Origin: Octopus bimaculoides
Lineage: Eukaryota
NCBI RefSeq assembly: GCF_001194135.2
Contig: NC_068991.1
Location: forward strand, 36,074,258 to 36,133,425
Length of the DNA: 59,168 bases
Reading direction: 5' to 3'
Made by a program: the position numbers and the translations under genes. This document shows, piece by piece, positions 12,531-23,350 of the stretch (its first letter is position 1; every line of letters starts with the position of its first letter). A model generated the notes under the pieces. The model had not been told where the DNA came from. It was given only the letters and a program-made list of their open reading frames with translations, and did not search any database.

Positions 12531-13229
12531 TAGTTTTATTTTTATAACGTGCTTTCACTTCACTACCGAGCGCAGCTCTGTGCGCCTTGGGTATGTGCTG
12601 TGGTTTGTTGTGGTGCTCTTATGTTTACTGTATTGAAAGTGTTTTGCGTAGAATGTGTGCAGTACCCAGTAGTGCAATTTTCTGTATGTTATATATATTT
12701 GTAAGTCCTGGTGTTTTTGTTATGTATTTGTCTGAATATTTTTTTATTATACCTAAGGCAACTACTATGATAGGAATTGTTTCTGTTTTTAGATTCCACA
12801 TTCGAGTTATCTCTATTTCCAGGTCTTTGTATTTTGAAAGTTTTTCCATTTCTTTTAGAGAAACGTTGTCATCTGCTGGTATTGATACATCAATTAGAAA
12901 GCATTTTTTTTCTTCATGATCTTTGACAACTATATCTGGTCTATTTGCCTTAATTTCTCTATCTGTGTGTATTGGCATATCCCAGAGTATGGTTGCTTTC
13001 TCGTTTTCTGTGACCTTTTCTGGCGTGTGTTTATACCATCTTTTTTCTGTTGCTATTCCATAATGATGGCATAGCTTCCAGTGTATATAGGTCCCAGCTC
13101 TGTCGTGTCTGTGAATATATTCCTTATATAGGTCCCAGCTCTGTCGTATATAGGTCCCAGCTCTGTCGTATATAGGTCCCAGCTCTGTCATATATAGGTC
13201 CCAGCTCTGTCGTATATAGGTCCCAGCTC

Positions 13230-13230
<1 letters not shown>
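12527..13230 (-). mobile_element. 5'-truncated R4/Dong-like RLE retrotransposon, copy 3, inside a (TAA)n array
   Basis: Uninterrupted frame KEYIHRHDRAGTYIHWKLC...LWDMPIHTDREIKANRPDIVVKD...FLIDVSIPAD...QKIALLGTAHILRKTLSIQ* (stop at 12625). (TTA)n on + at both ends (about 12471-12526 and 13231-13293). Confidence 0.93.
13125..13230. repeat. Tandem array of a 22-bp unit (4 full + 18-bp partial) at the 5' junction of RLE copy 3
   Basis: Unit TATATAGGTCCCAGCTCTGTCG; the source copy lies inside the element at 13084-13105. Confidence 0.95.
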
Positions 13231-13276
<46 letters not shown>

Positions 13277-13300
13277 CATTATTATTATTATTATGGTGGT

Positions 13301-14420
13301 GGTGGTGAGTTGGCAGAATTGTTAGCACATTGGACAACATCCTTAGTGGTATTTTGCCTGTTGTTATGTTCTGAGTTCAAATTCTGTCAAGGTTAGCTTT
13401 GCCTTTCATCCTTTTGGAGGTCGATAAATTAAGTACCAATTGAACACTGGGGTTGATGTAATTGACTCATCCCCTCCCCAAAAATGGCTGCTCTTGTGGG
13501 GGAATTTGAAGCGATTATTATTATCATTATTATTATTATTATCATTATTATTAAGGCAGCGAGCTAGTAGAATCGTTAGTACACTGGATGAAATGCTTAG
13601 AAGTATTTCACCGATTATTATGTTCTGAGTTCAAATTCTGCTGAGGTCGACTTTACCTTTTATCATTTCAGGGTTGATAAATTAAGTATCAGTGAAACAC
13701 TGGGGTTGATGTAATCGACTAGTCCCCTCCCCTGAATTTCATGCCTTGTGCTTTTAGTAGAAAGGATTATTATTATTATTATTATTATAATTATTATTAT
13801 GATTATGATTATTATTATTATTATTATTATTGTAAAGGCAGTGAGTTGGCAGAATCATTAGGTAGCCCGGTGAAATGTTTAGTGGTATTTCATTCATCTT
13901 CACATCCTGAGTTCAAATTCTGCCTTTCATCCTTTTGGGGTTGATTAATTAAGTACCAATGAAACAACAGGTTCAATATAATTAACTAGCCCTTCCTCCA
14001 ATATTTATTACTATTACTTTGGTTTGGCTCAGGTTCAGTGCTTATTATGCTTAGTGGTATTTTGTCTTACTTTACATTCTAAATTCAAATTCCGCCAAGG
14101 TCAATTTTGCCTTTCATCCTTTCAAGGTTGATGAAATAGGTACCAGTTAAGCATTTGGGTTCATGTAATCAACTTTCTTACACCTGAAAAATTTCGGGCC
14201 TTGTGCCTATAGTAGAAAAAATTATTATTATTATTAATGAAGAGGTGAACAGACACAATAATTAGTGCAACAATGTTAGTGGTATTTCTTCTGATTCATT
14301 ATGTTGAGTTCAAATTACACAGAGGTAGACTGTGCCTTTCATTTGAAGCCGATATAATAAGTATCATGTATTCAAATTTCCCTCAAAATTGCTAGCCTTG
14401 TGCCAAATTTTGAAACCATT
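13301..14420 (+). mobile_element. Five head-to-tail SINE family B copies separated by (ATT)n
   Basis: About 13301-13513, 13553-13765, 13835-14005, 14018-14220, 14238-14420. Each has a gagttcaaatt-like B box and a gcctttcat...taagtacca-like core. Confidence 0.85.
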
Positions 14421-15903
14421 ATTAGCATTATCTTTATTAATTTATGGTCAGAGACAAATCAAGAGTTTCCTTTCATCAAAATATTAAAGGTCAACAAATG
14501 TATTTAAACCAATAAACCAAAAGTGTTTACAGTTCATACTATTGCTATTTTCTGGAATGTGTCATTGTCTATCTTCAGAGGTAAAGTTATCAACATCTTG
14601 AAACTATTGGTTATGTATCATTCCAATTGCTCTAATTACGAGTGAAATGATGTACACATTCTTCAACTACTATAATGTTTTTACTTAAGATTGTGATCGA
14701 TATAATTTTTTTTTTATCTAGTTTCTGTCAAACACTATAGTCATTTGAAACTGCTATATCAATAATTAGTACTATATTGTTATGGAAAAGATATTGTACT
14801 TATAATCTACTGGCAGTCAGTCTGCAAATTTGAGTTTCATACTAACTTCATGAGTAGCACAAAATGTTTTTAGAAAGAGTTGAAGTTGGGGAGGGGGCAT
14901 TTGTGGGGCAGCTTTGTGGAGCCAGTGTAAGGTGCCATGATATAATGAAATCTATTGATTAAGAAAGCACATAACACAAGTGACATTTCTAAATTACACT
15001 GTAGCAATCGTATTTATTGTTTTCAGTATATCTTGTGGAGATAATCTCTTCTTGAATTGTCATACTTGATGCTATTGTTGCACTCAAGCTGGATTTATTA
15101 CTCTTTTTATTGATGTACAGAGCATCAATTTTGCAGATGTTTGAACATGTAAAGGCATGCATTTATGTTTGTTCGCTATGATTATACACATTATGTATCT
15201 TTGTTTATTTTGTTGCTGTCTTCGGTTTAGATCTTTCTTCTTTGGAACTCTATTTAGTTTCTTGTGAGAATTTTGATGCAGTGAAAATCATTTTGCTAGT
15301 ATTTGTAAATCATAGACTCCAAGGAAATGTAGCAGGCCATCTTGTAAATTAGAAAGATAGGGACAACAATTATTACTACCCCTTATGCTGCTCCTTGACA
15401 CTTAACAGTTCTCTAGTTGCTGGGTGTCAGACTTATTGTAGTATGGCCATTGGAATCTAAGTATGGCAATGCATATGTGCTAATGGTATAGGTAGTAGCC
15501 ATGCTATTAGAATGAATTTGTAAAATGTTTTTCACTGTCTAATATTCATGTTTAATTTATGTTCACAGAGCTTTGCAACAAGCAATTTTACTTTCATCTC
15601 TGCACATCTATTTTTAGGAACTGGAATTGTCAAAATGCTTTTGTATTCACAGAGATGTAAATCTAAAAGGGAGGTGTGTGTGTATGTGAGTGTGTGCATG
15701 TGTTTGTATGTGTGTTGTGTGTGAGTGTATGAGAGAGAGAGATTGGGAGAGAGGGAGAGAAAGAGTGAGTGAGAGAGATTGAAGGAGTGAGAGATAATAA
15801 TTATATATACATATAATTACAATAGCAATAAAGAAGAAAATGTTAAATTATAATGATGTGACAATATTGCTTCCAAAAATTTACTTGTAAATAAATTATA
15901 TTT

Positions 15904-15906
<3 letters not shown>

Positions 15907-15964
<58 letters not shown>

Positions 15965-16050
15965 CCTCTCTCTCTCTCTCTTTCTCTCTCTCCCTCTCTC
16001 TCTCCCCCTCTCTCTCCCTCTCTCTCTCCCTCCATCTTCCCCTCTCTCTC
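15907..16050 (+). repeat. (CT)n microsatellite
   Basis: Seen directly. Confidence 0.95.
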
Positions 16051-16689
16051 ATATATATATAGTCCCCTTTTATTTGATAATCTAAATGAGGACTAGCGAC
16101 CCCTATCCTTCCTTCTTCTAGTTATCACCTCTTTCCCATCAGTCATTCTCTCACTAGCAGCTCTGAGATATATATCCTTTTATAATTATGGTCCCAGTAA
16201 AATAAGGGTCTGGGAGGTTTCTGACATTAATTAATTTATCACTATCAACTGGAACATAGCTGACAACTCACAATGGATTTAATTCTAAATGGTTGTAGAC
16301 TATATGCTGCATAAAATCTTATAAATAAATAAAAATAGATAACTGTCTCACCACTCCTTCATCTTGACCCCCTCCCCTCAACCACTATTTTCCTAAAATA
16401 TAGTAGGCTTAAATAGACATGCCTTATTCTCTGAATTCATTCTGCTACAAATATGATATAAGGAAACAATGTAATTATTATTTTTTTTCTAGTACTGATA
16501 TAAATTTGCTATGAAAGCTAAAAATGGTTTATCCTTTATGTTGGAAATCTATATGGTCATCTGGGTCTGAGGAGAGCAGTTTCTTTTAAATTGATGTAAT
16601 GTTTTCATTGATTGATTAAATTGAACTGCTTGAAATTGCTGTAATGCATTGATACCTGGACATCCTTGTTACTTATATGTATGTATTTA

Positions 16690-16908
16690 TGTGTGTCTGT
16701 CTTTTTGTCTTCTGTTTGTCACCCGCCAATGTTGATGTGCTTATGTTCCCATAACTTAGAAGTTTGGCAAAAGAGACTGATAGAGCAGGTATTAGGCTTG
16801 TAAAGAAGAATTAGTTCCAGGGTCGATTTCTTTGACTACAACCCTTTAAGGCAGTGCTCCAGCATGGCCACAATCAAATGAGTGAAACAAGTAAAAGAAT
16901 AAAAGAAT
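16690..16908 (+). mobile_element. SINE family A 3' half
   Basis: cataacttagaagtttggcaaaagagactgatag...gtgctccagcatggccacaatcaaatg...gtaaaagaataaaag. Confidence 0.75.
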
Positions 16909-17130
16909 GTGTGTGTACATATATATATATATACATATATATANNNNNNNNNNNNNNNNNNNNNNNNNNNNNNNNNNNNNNNNNNNNNNNNNNNNNNNNN
17001 NNNNNNNNNNNNNNNNNNNNNNNNNNNNNNNNNNNNNNNNNNNNNNNNNNNNNNNNNNNNNNNNNNNNNNNNNNNNNNNNNNNNNNNNNNNNNNNNNNNN
17101 NNNNNNNNNNNNNNNNNNNNNNNNNNNNNN

Positions 17131-18448
17131 CCATTTATGTCATTATTTAGTTTAATTTCAAGATTTCTTGCCAATAGAGAAAGAGCCAGTTTCTAACCTA
17201 GATTCAAGGTTCCTTCATTGGAATTTCAACATCAACAACAGGGCATTTTTGTATGTATGTATGTATGTATGTATGTATGAATATGTGCAGATTTGTATGT
17301 TTTGCTTTATGTATGTATTCTCTTGCATATAGTTGCATATCTGGACATGCTCATATATATTTAAATGATAAACTTCTGGGAAATTTTACAGATTTTTACA
17401 GTTCCAGTAATGGATTGGATCTGTAGTCTTCAAATTAACTTTCTCCTTTATGGTTTTGAGAAGCTTAATTTCTCATGATTGGTATTTAGGCAGTGTTACA
17501 TATCAAAAGGCACCAATAATTACATGTATAAACCTGAACTTGTAATCTGGATAGAGTAACTGCAGATTCCTCAATAGTTCTGCAAAGGTGTTCTCTTTTT
17601 CACTAATCTTCAGCTTTATGTTAACATCAGCTGGGCAGCTAATTTCCACAACTGTTCACAGTTTCTCTTCTCTATTCCAAATCATTATATCAGGTCTGTT
17701 GTGCTTACATTTTATCGAGGTCTTCATTGAGACATTCCACTAGTACTCCTTTTTATTATGAGTAGCTATGGCTTCTACCAAACTGTGGGTTCTTATTTTT
17801 TTGTCCTCGGGGTTATCCTTCCGACAGATTTCATTATAGAGTGTCCTAGCTAAAACATCATGTCTTATCGGTAGATAATAGCATGATGACATTTTTGGAC
17901 AATTACTTATGATGTGAGTGATATCTTTGGTGTTAACTTCACAAAGTCTGCATCAGTTGTCACATTTTACTGCTTTTCCTGCATCTCTAATCCTTAATCC
18001 TTTTGTGCATCAGGTACTTGGTTGATATATTTCCTGTTCCTGGATTGCAAATGCATACCCTTCAAAGTGAGAGGTAGTAATCTGGCTATTGGTCCATGAT
18101 AGACTGCTTTGATGATCCATGTTACTATCATCTCAGAGCTTTCTACTAACATATCCATTCATAGTTCATAGAGGTTCATCCTTTCATCTGATGATACATT
18201 GCAGTAGAGTCGTGTGACTTCTTTGGGAATGTATTCTAGGTTATCAGACAAAAATGTTGTTCAAGTCTTATGATGTTATCAACCTCATGTAGGCAAACTT
18301 GGTCAAGAGATGGGCTTTGACACTTGGTGGTTAAAAGATGTTGCCGAAGAGATATGATATGACATTCAAAGGCATTTTGGATCGATGTTAAGCCTTTGCC
18401 ACCTTGTTTTTGTTTTAGGTAGAGGCAGTCTACATCACTACTTATGTG
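17131..18448 (-). mobile_element. 5'-truncated RLE non-LTR retrotransposon, copy 4 (distinct family, (CATA)n-associated)
   Basis: NFHISSDVDCLYLKQKQGGKGL (end of RT); FEGYAFAIQEQEI; CRLCEVNTKDITHIISNC (CCHC); RHDVLARTLY; HNRPDIMIWNREEKL*TVVEISCPAD (RLE); ends LQIQSITGTVKICKISQKFII* at 17361-17363. 5' junction abuts (CATA)n; 3' UTR contains (CATA)n and runs into a gap. Confidence 0.88.
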
Positions 18449-18532
18449 GAAGTTATGTATGCTTCTATGTATGTATGTATGTATGTATGTATGTATGTAT
18501 GTATGTATGTATGTATGTATGTATGTTTGTAT

Positions 18533-18581
<49 letters not shown>

Positions 18582-18759
18582 AATCTATCAGTCTATTGAC
18601 CTATTTTATGTCTGTCTATCCATCTACAGACCTATCTACTTCTATACCTACTTTTTATATCCACAAACGTTTAAATCTTTTATATCTGTGATCTTTTTCA
18701 AAAAATTTTTATCCATCAACTATAACAGAAAATTAAACCTACTTCTACTCTACTACCAT

Positions 18760-18799
<40 letters not shown>

Positions 18800-18812
18800 T
18801 GCAGACATACAT

Positions 18813-19062
18813 ATCATCATCATCACCATTTAACGTCCACCTTCCATGCTAGCATGGGCTGGATGGTTTGACAGTAGCTGACCAGGCAGTAGCCTGTGCC
18901 AAATTTCTGAGTCTGTTTTGGCATGGTTTTTATGGCAGGATACCCTTCCTAACACCAACCACCTAACAGAGTGGACAGAGTGCTTTTTAGTGACACAAGC
19001 ACAGGCGAGGTCAGTTTTGGCATAATTTTTACAGCTGGATGCCCTTGCAAATGCCGACCACT
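18813..19062 (-). mobile_element. Retroposon family D with two tandem 'ggaagggcatcc' modules and (GAT)n tail
   Basis: Homologous to 8169-8324; sits next to the truncated 3' end of the mariner. Confidence 0.7.
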
Positions 19063-19103
19063 TCTCTTTTAGTCCACCTCATTTTTACTCTAAAAGTTCT
19101 TTT

Positions 19104-20337
19104 TTAATCTAAAATATACTTTTCTTCATTTTCTACAATGCTTTTCCCTCAATCGGGTAGACTTGCAAGTCCCTTCTTCCAAAATTCACTTGTCTGTGAT
19201 GAAAAATGTTCCTCCAGTACTGTTCTCACCTCGTTTACAGAATTCATATTTTTTCCATCCAATGATTTTGAAGACTGCAGAATAAATCTGGTGGGGCATC
19301 ATTTCCCATTCAAACTGCTCCAGCCTTTGGAATGTCATCCTCTCTATGTAACCGAACATTATCCTGATGGTAGTACACCTTTTGTCTTGAAACTTAAGAT
19401 GGTCGTTTATCTTCTAGCACTGACTTAAGCTGCTCAAGCTGCTCAAAGTCGATCTCCCTTGTTATTGTTTGGTTTGGGTTTAAAAGTTCAAAGTGGACTA
19501 AACTTTTCATATCCCACCAAACAGATAACAACACCTTATGTGGGTGAAGACCCTNNNNNNNNNNAAACAGATAACAACACCTTATGTGGGTGAAGACCCT
19601 CTTTAGCTTGGGGTGCCAGTGTTTCTCCTTTCCCTACCCACTGTCTTCAGTGCTTGACATTATTATAGAGAACCCATTTCTCGTCACCAGTCACTATTTG
19701 GTAAAAGAAAAAAGGGTCCATTCACATGACATGACAGACATGACAACAAAGAAGAGTATACATTCACTCTCTGTGCATGATTAGACTCGGAAAGTTTCTG
19801 AGGAACCCAATGAACCAATTTTCTAACTTTTTCGATGGAACACGGGTGTTGATGAATGGTTGAATGACCAAATCCAAGCTTCTCTGCTAGTTTCTCAACT
19901 GTTATGATGGGATTTTGTTCAGCTAGGGTTAGCAGGATATTTTCATCGAGCTCTACAGATCTTCCAGGACAAGGCTCATCTTCTATGTTGTAGTTTTTGG
20001 CTCAGAATTTCTGGAACCACCGTTGACACTGGCTTACACTTATTGTCCGATCCCTATATACTACATTAATATTCCTCACACTTTCCATTGTGTTGTTGCC
20101 TTTATTGAACTCATAAAGCAAAATATGCTGAATATGCTCCTTTGTCACTTCCATAGCTTTGAAAAAACAAATTTTAAAATTGAACTGCCCTCTTCAAAAC
20201 TTGCAGTAAGTATAAGGACAAGGTAAAATTACTACCTGTTTTTATAGCAAGTTCATACGGGTGTTTTATCCTGTTCCCTTCCGATTTTTAGTTCATGCAA
20301 TTGAAAAAAGACGCATTACTTATGGGATGACCCAATA
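19104..20337 (-). mobile_element. Mariner (DD34D-type) transposon relic, one TIR visible
   Basis: TIR TATTGGGTCATCCCATAAGTAATGCGTC at 20310-20337; ATG at 20154 (MEVTKEHIQHILLYEFNKG); WVPQKL, IVTGDEKWVLYNNVK, LLSVWWD, YHQDN motifs; YSP region deleted; stops and frameshifts; stop at 19104-19106. Confidence 0.93.
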
Positions 20338-20768
20338 TTTATATATATATATATATACCTTTGTGTGTATGAAAGCATGCAAGCTAGTGGTTAGAGCATT
20401 TGGCTCGTGATAAGATTATGAGTTTTATTTCTAAATGTGTCACATATTGTATAGAAAATGAAATGTATATCTCCATGAATTTTATCCACAGTTCTCACAG
20501 TCAACATTTATTTAGCTGCAAGAAAAGACCAGCTCACCATGTTTGGTACAGGAAAATATATAATATGCATGACAATAAATGAAAGAAAAAGACAAAGAAT
20601 AGAATATATAAAACGACAAGCAAAAAAGAAAGGAAAGGGAAATGAAAGTATTCACTATCTATTTCTAATACACATCCATATATATAAATGCATCACCCAT
20701 ATTCTGAGCAACCTATGGGAGCACATGGAACAATGGATGATGAGGAGGATTATTCATATATTTATAGC

Positions 20769-20829
<61 letters not shown>

Positions 20830-21774
20830 AGAGAGAGAGAGAGAGAGAGAGAGGGGGGTGGAGAGATAATGATGCAAATAAACAAATAAAACTACTTGGG
20901 CTAGATATACAAAATATACATACATACATACATGTATATAGAGATAAAACAAAGCTACGAAGGGTTTTCTGTGTTGAGTATTTCTGAATCTCATCTGTTG
21001 ACTCTCTCTCTCTCTCTATATATATATATATTTAATGATAGATAAAACATCCAGTGTTTTGAAACCCAATATTTACTTACTATCATTGACTATATCTGCT
21101 CTGAGTTTCACAGTTAAATACAAATTATTTCATACCTCTCCAAGTTTCTAAATTCTTATGATGTCCACTATACACACATACACACACAAACGTGCGTGTA
21201 TGTGTGTGTGTGTTGTTTGCATATAAAATCTTTGTATTATTCACTTGTAGAATATATATATGTGTACACACATATATAGACACACACGTGTGTGTGTGTA
21301 TGTCTCGTTTGCATATAAAATATATGTATGTACACATACACACACACAAGTGTACAACTTTGTGTATGTGTCCAAACAATATGTAAAGTGGTCTCCTTTA
21401 ATATTCTAAATCCAAACTTGAAGTTTGTGATAAGTATTTCTGTGAATTTTATCCATAATTCTTATAGTCAATGCTTATTTAGCCATAGTAAAGGAACAAA
21501 GTACTGTGTTCAGTACAGGAAAAATACAATATGTATGAAAATACATGAAAGGAAAAGATGAAAAATAGAAACAACAAAAAATATGAAACAACTAGCTAAA
21601 AAAAAAAAAAAAATGAAGCATTAACTATCTATTTCTTTAAATATTTTATTCATGTCAGCATAAAGCATTTCAGAGTGAATATAGTCACAAAGTTATAATG
21701 TTTCTTTATAATATCTGGTTGTGTAATTTTTATGTTTGTTGTTTTTATGTGTTTATGTTCATGTGCATATGTGT

Positions 21775-21827
<53 letters not shown>

Positions 21828-22521
21828 CAATATAATATAAAATGTTTGGTGCTGTATATGCCAAGGTTTACAGTGTGTTTTATCACATTTCTATGCAGAT
21901 TAATTGAATAGTCCGAGTGATGGTTCAAACAGAATATTCACTGACTATTCTCTGATATTTTATGTCTTCGGCACTTAAAAGGAATAGGTCTATTATACTA
22001 GTTAACTTATTTCAATGCCAGAATACAAGGTTTGCTGATGACATTTTGTCATAAAGGGAAGGAAATGATTGATTTTTTCCAAAAATCTTATTTTCTTCAC
22101 GATTCAGTTATTTCGTTACTGTCCATACTCAAATATTGTATGTATTCATTGCAAACCAACGTTTGTTCTCCTGTAAGATTACATAACATACTTACATGTA
22201 AACAACATATGTAGAAAGATCATTGCTCAGTTAATATCATACAGTTACAGTATTCTCTTGGGGAACAATGCAATAAGAATTTTGAATTCTTTAATAATGT
22301 AGGTTAATGAGACATTGTTATTTTAGCAATGAACTGTGTCCTATCTTATAGCTATATCAAGTGAGTAATTTCATGATTGACTGGTCAGAAATTAAACAGC
22401 ACCTCTCTTATGTTTCCTGGTTGAGGAGGATATGTGGCCTCTTATTAAAATAAAGCCTGTCTAAGTGAAGAACTTCTCATGGAGAAAAATATGAATGACT
22501 TAATGGTTCAGTAAAAGGGAC

Positions 22522-22642
22522 TAATAGAATAAGAACTAGGCTTACAAAGAATATGTCTTGGGGGTCGATTCATTTGACTAAAGGTGGTGCTCCAGCGTGG
22601 TTGCAGTTAAATGACTGGAACAAGTAAAGGAGTAAAAGAGAT
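22522..22642 (+). mobile_element. SINE family A 3' terminal fragment
   Basis: atagaataagaactaggcttacaaagaat...gactaaaggtggtgctccagc...caagtaaaggagtaaaagag. Confidence 0.8.
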
Positions 22643-22889
22643 TATAGATGGAGATGAGACAGAGTTATTTGTAAGCTTACTGGAAATGCTCATGACTGTG
22701 CAGATATGACTTTATTATTTTGGATTGCAGAGAATTAGTGAGAGCAAAGTGTATTGTTAAGGGATAATGATAAACTATAAATTATCTTGAATTAGGCCCT
22801 CCATTCCATGATGGAATCATAGAGAGACCTTTCTTACACAGCATATCTTGGGAAACAGATAGGAATGAGTGAGTCAAAGAAAAGAATCA

Positions 22890-23040
22890 GCTTGAGTACA
22901 AAACTGGTACTTTATTTGCTGGTCCTAAAAAGTTGAGCAAAGAAGTTTAGCTTAGCTAGCTTTGAACTCACCATACAGAACGTCAGAACAAATACTGCAA
23001 AACAATTCATCCATTGTTTTAATGATACTGCCAATTTAAC
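22890..23040 (-). mobile_element. Decayed SINE family B
   Basis: actggtactttattt...tttgaactc...aatgatactgccaa resembles the reverse complement of the family B head and core. Confidence 0.45.
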
Positions 23041-23169
23041 TGGCAGGGTGAAAATATGCATTATTGTTGTTTGGTTGTTAGACCAACAATTTCTTAACTC
23101 AGTTAAGTACAATTCTTAAATACATAGACATGTAACTTATATACAAAGCAAACAAAAATAGTTTCTATG

Positions 23170-23350
23170 CAGGGGTTTGCCTTGCTAGAAGTAGTAGGCT
23201 AGTCTCTCCTAAATCCATCATACTGTCTTAAAAAAGGAAGAACACATTAGAAATTGTAGTCTTTATACAAAAAATTGGATGGTTATGACTAGAATGACTA
23301 TGATCATCAGTCTGCTTGATGGGGGATGGTTTAGGGCAAAACAACAGCAG
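23170..23350 (-). mobile_element. Repeat family E copy
   Basis: gctagaagtag...ggatggttatgactagaatg...gatcatcagtctgcttgat. Confidence 0.45.

Noticed and set aside
13084-13230. 22-bp repeats considered as a CRISPR array
   Set aside because: No unique spacers, eukaryotic context, and the unit derives from the adjacent retrotransposon ORF.
19519-19600. 36-bp direct repeat around a 10-N gap inside the mariner
   Set aside because: Typical contig-overlap artefact, not a biological duplication.
20545-21640. Two similar A-rich segments about 960 bp apart, considered as LTRs
   Set aside because: Too diverged; more likely two decayed family G copies.
22020-22060. NTRFADDIL, an RT-like motif
   Set aside because: Isolated, followed by a stop, with no other RT motifs nearby.
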